From Mobula hypostoma (taxonomy: Eukaryota): a DNA stretch of 64,000 bases. The position numbers were made by a program, and so were the translations under genes. Shown here in pieces: positions 53,030 to 63,644 of this stretch; within the stretch, counting starts at the first letter, position 1; the number at the start of each line of letters is the position of its first letter. The notes under the pieces are model-generated. The model was not told the origin of the DNA. It worked only from the letters and a program-made list of their open reading frames with translations, and ran no database searches. The stretch covers positions 115,880,001 through 115,944,000 of the forward strand of contig NC_086108.1 in the NCBI RefSeq assembly GCF_963921235.1. Reading direction: 5' to 3'.

Positions 53030-54802
53030 AATCGTAGTCTGGCGTACTGACCTCTAACTTGCCGAGGCACAGCGACAACTCGCGGATACCTCCTCTTATT
53101 TACCCCTGGATCGTGGCCCAACTAAGTAGCACCAGGCCATTGTCTCCCACACCATCACCGACTTTATCCGCTCAGGGGATCTCCCATCCACTGCTACCAA
53201 CCTTATAGTTCCCACACCTCGGACTTCCCGTTTCTACCTCCTACCCAAGATCCACAAACCTGCCTGTCCTGGCAGACCTATTGTCTCAGCTTGCTCCTGC
53301 CCCACCGAACTCGTTTCTGCATACCTCGATACGGTTTTATCCCCCCTTGTTCAATCCCTTCCTACCTATGATCGTGACACTTCTCACGCTCTGAATTTTT
53401 TCGATGATTTTAAGTTCCCTGGCCCCCACCGCTTTATTTTCACCATGGATATCCAGTCCCTATATACTTCCATCCCCCATCAGGAAGGTCTCAAAGCTCT
53501 CTGCTTCTTTTTGGATTCCAGACCTAATCGGTTCCCCTATACCACCACTCTGCTCCGTCTAGCGGAATTAGTCCTTACTCTTAATAATTTCTCCTTTGGC
53601 TTCTCCCACTTCCTCCAAACTAAAGGTGTACCTATGGGCACCCGTATGGGTCCCAGCTATGCCTGCCTTTTTGTTGGCTTTGTGGAACAATCTATGTTCC
53701 AAACCTATTCTGGTATCTGCCCCCCACTTTTCCTTCGCTACATCGACGACTGCATTGGCGCTGCTTCCTGCACGCATGCTGAGCTCGTTGACTTTATTAA
53801 CTTTGCCTCCAACTTTCACCCTGCCCTCAAGTTTACCTGGTCCATTTCCGACACCTCCCTCCCCTTTCTAGATCTTTTTGTCTCTATGTCTGGAGACAGT
53901 TTATCTACTGATGTCTACTATAAGCCTACTGACTCTCACAGCTATCTGGACTATTCCTCTTCTCACCCTGTCTCTTGCAAAATGCCATCCCCTTCTCGCA
54001 ATTCCTCCGTCTCCGCCGCATCTGCTCTCAGGATGAGGCTTTTCATTCCAGGACGAGGGAGATGTCCTCCTTTTTTAAAGAAAGGGGCTTCCCTTCCTCC
54101 ACCATCAACTCTGCTTTCAAACGCATCTGCCCCATTTCACGCACACCTGCTCTCACTCCACCCTCCCGCCAACCCATTAGGAATAGGGTTCCCCTTGTCC
54201 TCACCTACCACCCCACCAGCCTCCGGGTCCAACATATTATTCTCCGTAACTTCCGCCACCTCCAATGGGATCCCACCACTAAGCACATCTTTCCCTCCCC
54301 CGCCCACTTTCCACAGGGATCGCCCCCTACACGACTCCCTTGTCCATTCGTCCCCCCCCCCATCCCTCCCCACTGATCTCCCTCCTGGCACTTATCCTTC
54401 TAAGCGGAACAAGTTCTACACATGCCCTTACACTTCCTCCCTTACCACCATTCAAGGCCCCAGACAGTCCTTTCAGGTGAGGCGACACTTCACCTGTGAG
54501 TCGGCTGGGGTGATATACTGCGTCCGGTGCTCCCGATGTGGCCTTCTATATATTGGCGAGACCCGACGCAGACTGGGAGATCGTTTTACTGAACACCTAC
54601 GCTCTGTCCGCCAGAGAAAGCAGGATCTCCCAGTGGCCACACTTTTTAATTCCACATCCCATTCCCATTCTGATATGTCTATCCACGGCCTCCTCTACTG
54701 TAGAATGAAGCCACACTCAGGTTGGAGGAACAACACCTTATATTCCGTCTGGGTAGCCTCCAACCTGATGGCATGAACATTGACTTCTCAAACTTCTGCT
54801 AA
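53030..54802 (+). pseudogene. Penelope RT + GIY-YIG endonuclease, truncated and frameshifted
   Basis: DIQSLYTSIP, GVPMGTRMGPSYA, RYIDD, VIYCVRCSRCGLLYIGET. Confidence 0.93.
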
Positions 54803-55096
54803 TGCCCCACCTCCCCCTCGTACCCCATCCGTTATTTATTTATATACACACATTTTTTCTCTCTCCCTCCTTTTTCTCCCTTTGTCCCTCTGACTATACC
54901 CCTTGCCCATCCTCTAGGCTTCCCCCTCCCTCTTTCTTTCTCCCTGGGCCTCCTGTCCCATGATCCTCTCATATCCCTTTTGCCAATCACCTGTCCAGCT
55001 CTCAGCTCCATCCCTCCCCCTCCTGTCTTCTCCTATCATTTTGGATCTCCCCCTCCCCCTCTCACTTTCAAATCTCTTACTCACTCCTCCTTCAGT

Positions 55097-55134
55097 TAGT
55101 CCTGACGAAGGGTCTCGGCCCGAAACGTCGACTG
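55097..55134 (+). ncRNA. Minimal type I hammerhead ribozyme motif
   Basis: TAGTC-CTGACGA-A-GGGT-CTCG-GCCC-GAAAC-GTC-GACTG: conserved core, stem I TAGTC/GACTG, stem II GGGT/GCCC, palindromic ACGT in place of stem III. Confidence 0.88.
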
Positions 55135-56330
55135 TACCTCTTCCAGGAGATGCTGCCTGGCTTGCTGCGTTCACCAGAAATTTTGATGTGTATTGCTAGG
55201 GTAGGGACGTGACAGGATACAAACAAGGAGCAGGGACAAGAGCGCAGACTTGGGCTATGACATGGACTAGTCAGGGAACCAGGAGAAGGAACTATGAACG
55301 AGGACCATGGGCTTGGGAAAGCGGGACCAGGATTAAGGACCATGAACTAGGAGCCTATGCTTGGACTCCGAGGCAGAGACTGGACAAGGACCCAGAACCT
55401 GGGTCTTGCCTTCGGGCTCGGACCCCAGAACCAGGCAGGACATGACATGGCTTCAAGACAGGACGTGGCAGGGGTCTAGAGGCTTGAGGCTGGAAGCTGG
55501 GGTCTTGAGGCTTGAGGCTGGGAGTTGGGGTCTTGGAATGCGGAGGCTGATAACTCAGAGGCTGGAGCTCGGAGACAGACTGGGAACTGTACATCAACAT
55601 GGAGCCGGGATTTATCCTTAGACAAGCCGGGACTCAACTTTATCTCCACACCATGGTGAGACAGATCCTCCCGCAGGGCAACAGCAGAACGGGCTGACTT
55701 ACCCCACGGAGGCCTGGACAAGACAAGACAGATCCCCCAGCAGGGCAACGGCAGAACGGCCTGACTTATCCCACGGAGGCGAGGACAAGAGGGGCAGATC
55801 CAAATGTAGGATAACGGCAGAACGGCCTGACTTACCCCACGGAGGCGAGGACAAGAAGAGACAAACACCGAAGAATGACAGACAGTTCCATCTCTGCATA
55901 GGGGTCTCCGAGTCGCAGTTACGGCCGGCAACCTCGGCTAGCTACGGAAACAGCCGGATTCCTACTTGGCTCGGAGTGGCTGGTGGCCACTCCGCTGGCC
56001 CGGGAAACAGCCGAATCCATACCGCAAAGACAGCTCCGACTACCGACAGCAATGTTCCATGAAGCGATGGTTCTCCAACGCGGCCTAAAGATGTCAAGTG
56101 GCCGCTCTAGCCTTTCACCAGCTGGTTGCTCCCAGGAGATCTTGACAAGACAAACCAGCGGCCCACATTCGACCCCAAGGCTACTTACATTCCAAGCCCC
56201 AAGATGGGAATCAGGTGCCTATGATTAACCCAACAGAAACAAGAGGCAGCTGGGAGACCCGGAGTCCTGAGTCCACGGACCAGACCGTGAACCGGAATGC
56301 GAACTTCACGGACCGGAACATGACAAGGGC

Positions 56331-58391
56331 TTCTGCAGCTCGGGCCTCACCAGTACCCCAGCAGGAAATCCCAACTCCCCCTCGAGGTCTTTCGGAGCGT
56401 CCATTAAGAGAGCCTCGCCCTCAGGCACTCCGGGAAATTTGGGGGTCCCCATCAATCTTGCTGCTTCCCCCGGCCGGACGACCAGTGGCTTTCACTGGGT
56501 GAACCACACAGTCCCTCATCTAAATTCGATATCCGGCCCAATGCAGTCTCGCGCTTCCTCAAAAGCAACTCGAAACACCGGTTGCATGGATAATGTTCCC
56601 CGAAAGCTCTCGCCAGCCTTCTCCTTGCAGGCCCCCATGAGCCTCCTCACAAGAGGGTTGTTGGTCCCCACCAGAATTGAAACGCCGCTCTTATCAACAG
56701 GGTCGGGACAAACCAGCACCAATGTATCAAGAACCTCAGACACTCACACATCGGCCTCCGAAAACTCCAATTTGACTGACAAATTGCCGTCGTACGGATA
56801 ATCACCAGCACTGAGACCCCAGAGCTCCAGTGCACTGAATGGTGTCAAGGGTAAATCCTTCTGATACCGGTTGTAAAACGAATGGTACAACAACGTGACC
56901 TGCGACCCGGTTTCCAGTATGTCTTTAGCATGAATACCTTCTATCCGTAGCGACACATTGGATCATGGTCCCACTAAGCTTTCAGGAATAGGGTCTTTCG
57001 CTTTCGGGGGTTCCTTGATATATTGCTGGGAACATGTCGCCCCAGGAAGACCCCCGGGTATCCTCACTGGGTCTTCTCTAAGTTATCCGACACCTCTCCC
57101 TGCTTAGGTACCCGGGGGCTCACTCTCCGAGGCGTTCCCGCCTGTCACATTCCCGCCTGAAGTGGCCCTCTTCAGCCCAATTATAGCAGACGGTACTGGC
57201 CACCCCCTTCTCGCGGAACCCGGCCACCAGCAGCCAGCTGCGCAGTCCGTCACCTTGGGGAGCCCTGTCCACCCGTTCCATCATACTGGGGGGTGGGGGC
57301 GGGGGGTAGGCGGTGGTCCTCCCCGCTGTCAACATCCGGGACATCTCAGTTCTCAGCTCTGCTACAATCTCCTTTATCATGCCCAGGGTTGGGCTAGCCG
57401 CAGTCACTTCAGCAGAAGGGGCTACTACCGAGGACTGTACCCTGTTGATGGAGACCTCCCGCGCCTCCGACGCGTTTTCTTCTCTAATTAACTCAACAAA
57501 GGGTGGGGCGTGTCTTACGGGACTGTCGGAGACCCCCAAGCAATCATGTCCTGGGACTGGGCGCCTTTAGCTATCTGGTTCATTCTTAACTTATCCACCT
57601 CAGCCACCTGAATAACCCCCCTGCGCGCAAACATAGAAACATAGAACAATACAGGCCCTTCGGCCCACAAAGTTATGCCGAACATGTCCCTGCCTTAGAA
57701 ATTACTGGGCTTACCCATAACCCTCTATTTTTCTAAGCTACACATACTTATCCAGGAGTCTCTTAAAATACCCTATCGTATCCGCCTCCACCACCGTCGC
57801 CGGAAGCCCATTCCACGCACTCACCACTCTCTGCATAAAAAACTTACCCCTGACATCTCCTCTGTACCTACTCCCCAGCACCTTAAACCTGTGCCCTCTT
57901 GTGGCAGCCATTTCAGCCCTGGGAAAAAGCCTCCGACTATCCACTCGATCAATGCCTCTCATCATCTTATAAACAATTTAGCTGCCACTGTAGCTGAAAA
58001 ATTGAGGCAGAAAGCTTCTTCCTCTTTTCTTGACGCATGTTTTGAAACCCCGTCATGAGCTCCAGTGGGCTCCCTATCGTACCAAAAGCGCTCTCCAATG
58101 GGCCTAGATACTCGGCAAAGGTAGTGGACGGTTGACGAGACTTCACAGCTCCCACTACGACAGCCGCCAACCCCCTCAAACTTTCAACCAATCTCTGTCG
58201 CTTTGCGTCATCAGAGCACCGCCACTCATCTAACAACTGGGAGGTCTGCTCCCACGTCTCATACTCCTCTTCCCCCTCGGGAGTGGGTGTTACTCCAGAG
58301 AATATTCTTAGCTTCCGGTGGGGACCCTCTGCCTGTGCACTGGGCCACTTATTCTCCAGGGAGGTAAAGGCTGATGCCAACTCGGAACCCT
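56331..58391 (-). pseudogene. gag: Gypsy gag (PNMA/Ma-like capsid, zinc knuckle) and protease remnant
   Basis: RKLRIFSG..P..GEEEYETW..RQRLVESLRG; CYNWAEEGHFRREC (mutated CCHC); ILETGSQVT (mutated DTG). Confidence 0.88.
57634..57970 (-). mobile_element. Short CR1 3' fragment inside gag
   Basis: MMRGIDRVDSRRLFPR...FFMQRVV; AAACA duplicated at 57629-57633 and 57971-57975. Confidence 0.9.
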
Positions 58392-60377
58392 GAGACTGCA
58401 GTCGAGTGGCTGTTCCCCTTACCCGGCTTACCTCGGCTACTACCCACTTTTGTTGGGACTCCGAAGCTGATTCGGAGTTCACCGACCTGAAGAGGCGTTT
58501 CACCACCGCTCCCATCCTGGTCCATCCGGACCCAGTCCGTCAATTCATCGTTGAGGTGGATGCCTCTGACTCCGGGGTAGGAGCGGTCCTATCCCAACGA
58601 TCAGGTTCGGACGAAAAGCTTCACCCCTGCCGCCTTCTATTCTCGCCGACTATCTCCCGCCGAGCGGAATTACGACGTGGAGAATCGGGAACTGCTGGCA
58701 GTCAAACTAGCTTTGGAAGAATGGAGGCACTGGCTGGAGAGGGCAGAACACCCGTTTGTGGTGTGGACTGATCATAAGAACCTGGGGTATATTCAGACCG
58801 CCAAACGTTTGAAATCCTGCCAGGCCCGTTAGGCATTAATTTTTGGACGGTTCAAGTTTTCGCTCACATATCGTCCTGGGTCCAGAAACGGGAAGCCGGA
58901 CGCGCTCTCCCGCCAATACGACTCCAAGGATGACACTTCCAGCTCAGAGATTATCCTGTCACCATCCTGCGTGGTTGCCACCCTCACTTGGGAGATTGAG
59001 TTCAAAGTAAAAGAAGCCCAGCGGGATGACCCCGACCCCGGCGATCGCCTGTATGTGCCCATTTCCGTCAGGTCTCAGGTTCTCTAATGGGGATACACAT
59101 CTCCTTTTCCCCGCCACCCCGGGAGTGATCGGACCCTGGCGCTCTTGAAGAAACACTTTTGGCTGCCGTCCATGGAGGCGGATACCCGTTCCTATGTCTC
59201 GGCATGTTCCATCTCTGCACGGGGAAAAACCTTTCATCAATCACCTGCGGGATTACTTCGTCCTCTACCTGTCCCTGGTGGCCCCTGGTCACACATCGCC
59301 CTAGACTTCGTCACCTCTCTATCCCCTTCACAGGTAAAGACAGCTGTACTCACCCTGGTAGACCGTTTCTCCAAGGACGTGCTCTTCGTAGCCCTCCGTA
59401 AACTCCCCTCCCCTCAGGAAACCGCAGATCTTCTCGTCCGCCACGTCTCCCGCCTCCACAAAATCCCCGCGGACATCGTCTCCAATCGAGGTCCCTAGTG
59501 AGTCTCGCAGGTATGGAAGGCCTTCTGTCAAGCCTTAGGTGCATCGGTCAGCCTGTCACCTGGCTTCCACCCCCAGACGAACGGGCAGACGGAACGGGTC
59601 AACCAAGACCTGGAGGCGACGCTACGTTGTGCGACGGCAATTGACCCATCCACCTGGAACGACCACCTCCCGTGGGCTGAGTACACCCACAACTCTCTGG
59701 TAAGCTCTGCCATTGGAAAGTCTCCGTTCGAGTGCTCCCTTGGGTACCAACCCCCGCTGTTCCCCGCACAAGAAGAGGAGATTGCGGTACTGTTGGTTCA
59801 GGACCATATCGATCGGTGCCTTAAACTTTGGGAGGCGGCACGCGTAACCCTACTCAGATCAACAAATCGAAATAAGAAGACAGCCGAACGACACCGGACT
59901 CCGGCGTCTGAGTACCAACCTGGGCAGATGGTGTGGCTTTTTTCCAAGGACACCCTGCTCAAAAACGAACATAGGAAACTCGCCCCTCGCTTCCTGGGAC
60001 CATTCAAGGTTGACAGGGTTATCAATCCCACAGCGGTCCGCCTAAAGCTGCCAAGATCCATGCACATCCACCCAACTTTGCATGTCTCAGTTAAAGCCAA
60101 TTTCCGTCAGCCCCTTGTGTCCCCCAGCTGAGACTCCCCCACCTGCCCGTATCATCAACAACCATCCGGCATACACCGTCCGATGACTACTAGATGTGCA
60201 CCGTTGGGGCAGGGGTCTCCGATACCTAGTAGACTGGGAAAGGTACGGTCCAGAAGAGCGTTCCTGGGTCCCCCGCTCCTTCATCCTACACCCTTTCCTC
60301 ATCCAGGACTTTCATCGGGACTGTCCAGACAGGCCTGGAGGGTCTCCTGGAGGTTCCCGTTGAGGTGGGGTGGTTAC

Positions 60378-60769
60378 TGTCATGGTCCCGTCTGGCAATT
60401 CCCCACCTTGCTATTACCTCAGTAATTGGGCCTCAATCCCCTCGTCTAACTTCCAATCATTCCCAGGTTCCACTAACTACACACACCTGCTTCCCATCAG
60501 TAAATGCAGGATAAAGACCCTGTGATCACAACATGGAGTTGCCCGTTTGTTGGTCGACTCATGTATGAGTAACCTCGTTCCATGGTTCTTCAGGACTGTT
60601 AGTTATAAGTTCCGCATCGTTTTCCTGGATTCTCTACGTCAACCTTGTTCCGTGTAAAAACTCTCCTGGATGCCTATTCCACTCTCACAGCTGTGCTAAC
60701 GCCTCTCGATCCTGCCTCCGCGCCTGTGTCCAGCGCTTGGGTTCCCACCGCAGCCTTGTCCTTCCAACA
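60378..60769 (+). repeat. LTR-D, central copy (392 bp)
   Basis: TGTCATGG...CCAACA; PPT before it, PBS and gag ATG after it. Confidence 0.93.
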
Positions 60770-60770
60770 G

Positions 60771-60781
60771 AACGAACTGGC
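60771..60781 (+). promoter_or_regulatory. Self-priming type primer-binding site
   Basis: AACGAACTGGC is complementary to the LTR-internal GCCAGTTTGTT (63415-63425; GCCCGTTTGTT at 60541-60551). Confidence 0.75.
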
Positions 60782-63251
60782 CAAGAATGAACCCAGCGGA
60801 CACGGACCCCGTGCAACAGGCCCTCGCCAGCCAGGGCTACTTACTGGGCGCCCACGACCAACTGCTCAGGGAGGTCACGGAAAATCTTCGTACGCTATCC
60901 ACGAATATGAGGAAGGTCAGTGAGCAGGTTGACCGGGTATCCGCTTCCATTACTCCGTCCCTTCCAAGAACCCCGACTGCCCAAACCGCACATCCAGAGA
61001 TGGCTACGCCCCTGGGATCGGCAACACAATCCTCCAAGAATACGTTCACCATGTCCGTCAAGTCCTCCAGAGGCTGTGGGAAAACCAGTTATTTGTAAAG
61101 GCGGAGAAACGTGAGTTCCATGTTGCTTGGGTCGGCTTCCTAGGTTATATCATTCAGAGCCGCAGGTGAGAGCAGACCCTGAGAAGATCCGGGCAGTGGA
61201 AGAATGGTCTAGGCCCACGACCCGCAAACAACATCAACGATTGCTGGGGTTGCAAACTTCTACCGCCGATTTATCAGAGACTACAGTCGAGTGGCCGTCC
61301 CCCTTACCCGGCTGACCTCTCCTACTACCACCTCCTGTTGGGACTCCGAAGCTGACTCGGCGTTCATCGACCTGAAGAGGCGTTTCAACACCGCTCCCAT
61401 CCTGGTCCATCCAAACCCATCCTGTCAATTGATCCTTGAGGTGGACGCCTCTGACTCCGGGTTAGGAGCGGTCCTATCCCAACGGTCAAGGTTCGGACGA
61501 AAAGCTTCACCCCTGCGCTTTCTATTCTCGCCGACTGTCCCCCGCCGAGCGGAATTACGACATGGGGAATCAGGAACTCCTGGGGGTCAAACGAACACTG
61601 GAAGAATGGAGGCACTGGCTGGAGGGGGCTGAACAACCGTTTGTGGTGTGGACTGATCATAAGAACCTGGGGTATATTCAGACCGCCAAACGATTGAACT
61701 CCCGCCAGGCCCGTTGGGCATTGTTATTTTGGACGGTTCAAGTTCTCCCTCACATACCGTCCAGGGTCCAAGAACGGAAAGCCGGACGCGCTCTGCCTCC
61801 AATACGACTCCAAGGATGACACCTCCAGTCCCGAGACTATCCTCCCACCATCCTGCGTGGTTGCCGCCCTCACTTGGGAGATCGAGTCTAAAGTAAAGGA
61901 AGCCCAGCGGGAAGACCCCGACCCCGGCAGTGGATCCGGCGATGGCCTTTATGTGCCCGTTTTCGTCAGGTCTCAGGTTCCCAATGGGGGCACACATCTC
62001 CTTTCCCCTGCCACCACGGGAGTGATCGGACCCTGGCGCTCCTGAAGAAACACTTTTGGCGGCCGTCCATGGATACCCGTTCATATGTCTCGGCATGTTC
62101 CATCTGTACCCGGGGAAAAGCCTCTTATCGGCCACCTGCGGGTCTACTTCGTCCTCTACCTGTCCCTGGTCAACATCGCCCTAGACTTTGTCACCGGTCT
62201 ACCCGTTCCCGCGGAAACACCCCTGTCCTCACCGTGGTAGACCTATTCCTCCAAGGCAGTGCACTTTGTGGCCCTTCCTAAACTCCCTCCTCTCAAGAAA
62301 CTGCAGATCTTCTCGTCCGCTACGTCTTCCGCCTCGACGGAATCCCCGCGGACATCATCTCCGATCGAGGACCCCAGTTTGTCTCGCAGGTATGGAAGGC
62401 ATTCTGTCAAGCCTTGGGTGCATCGGTCAGCCTGTCATCCGGCTTCCACCTCCAGATGAACGTGCAGACGGAACAGGTCAACCAAGACCTGGAGGCAATG
62501 CTACGTTGTGTAACGGGAAACAAACCGTCGACCTGGAACGACCACCTCCCGTGGGCTGAGTACACCCACAACTCTCTGGTGAGCTCTGCCATTGGAAAGG
62601 CTCCGTTCGAGTGCTCCCTTGGGTACCAACCCCCGCTGTTCCCCGCGCAAGAAGAGGACATTGCGGTACTGTTGGTTCAGGACCATATCGATCGGTGCCT
62701 AAGATTTGGGAGGAGACACGCACAGCCCTACTCAGATCAACAAATCGAAATAAGAAGACAGCCGAACGACACCGGACTCCGGCGTCTGAGTACCAACCTG
62801 GGCAGATGGTGTGGCTTTTTTCCAAGGACATCCTGCACAAAAACGAACATAGGAAACTCGTCCCTCGCTTCCTGGGACCATTCAAGGTTGACAGGGTTAT
62901 CAATCCCACAGCGGTCCGCCTAAAGCTGCCAAGGTCCATGCACATCCACCCAACTTTGCATGTCTCAATTAAAGCCAATTTCCGTCAGCCCCTTGTGTCC
63001 CCCACCTGGCTATATCATCGACAACCATCCGGCATACACCATCCGGTGACTACTGGATGTGCACCGTTGGGGCAGGGGTTTCCAATACCTGGTAGACTGG
63101 GAAGGGAACGGTCCACAAGAGCATTCCTGGGTCCCCTGCACCTTCATCCTAGACCGTTCCCTCATCCAGGACTCTCATCGGGACCATGCAGACAGGCCGG
63201 GCGGATCGCCTGGAGGGTCCCGTTGGGAGTGGGGGGGGGGTGTAGTGGTAA

Positions 63252-63644
63252 TGTCATGGCCCCGTCTGGCAATTCTCCACCTTGCTATTACCTCAGTAAT
63301 TGGGCCTCAATCCACTCGTCTAACTTCCAATCATTCCCAGGTTCCACTAACTACACACACCTGCTTCCCATCAGTAAATGCAGGATAAAGACCCTGTAAT
63401 CACAACAAGGAGTTGCCAGTTTGTTGGTCGACTCATGTATGAGTAACCTCGTTCCATGGTTCTTCAGGACTGTTAGTTATATGTTCCGCATCGTTTTCCT
63501 GGATTCCCTCCGTGAACCTTGTCTCCGTGTCAAGACTCTACTGGATACCTATTCCACTCTCACGGCTGTGCTAATGCCTCTCGATCCTGCCTCCGTGCCT
63601 GTGTCCAGCGCTTGGGTTCCCCCCGCAGCCTCGTCCTTGCAACA
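63252..63644 (+). repeat. LTR-D, 3' copy (393 bp)
   Basis: TGTCATGG...GCAACA, direct repeat of 60378-60769. Confidence 0.93.

Larger units (their letters stand above)
52065..55195 (+). mobile_element. Penelope-like element, 5'-truncated, with an inverted copy of its 3' end (52065-53027)
   Basis: RT and GIY-YIG motifs; left arm is the reverse complement of ~54245-55195; 15-bp TSD CTAG(A/G)GTAGGGACGT. Confidence 0.95.
51977..56325 (-). mobile_element. Solo LTR of family A (~1.2 kb net), split by a Penelope element
   Basis: Termini CGTCA (for TGTCA)...TGACA; 5-bp TSD AGGGC at 51972-51976 and 56326-56330. Confidence 0.93.
46356..58391 (-). mobile_element. Decayed Gypsy LTR retrotransposon (PNMA-like gag, PR-RT-RH-IN), 5' end missing, four nested insertions
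   Basis: 3' LTR, polypurine tract, and gag/pol remnants in the expected order on the minus strand. Confidence 0.9.
58392..63644 (+). mobile_element. Tandem of two defective Tf1/sushi-type chromovirus units sharing a central LTR
   Basis: Both units: EVDASD (RNase H), LDFV and DRFSK-type integrase motifs, QTE.VNQ, GPF, YLVDW chromodomain remnant, G-rich PPT. Unit 2 has a gag start (MNPAD, 60787) fused at ~61030 to the end of RT. Confidence 0.92.

Noticed and set aside
58392..58396. GAGAC as an inverted TSD partner of GTCTC at 63645
   Set aside because: GAGAC is part of the chromovirus internal sequence; it is also present at the equivalent position in unit 2 (~61277).
57967..58515. Domesticated PNMA-type host gene
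   Set aside because: Lies within a decayed Gypsy element, is interrupted by a CR1, and its ORF start comes from the antisense strand of another element.
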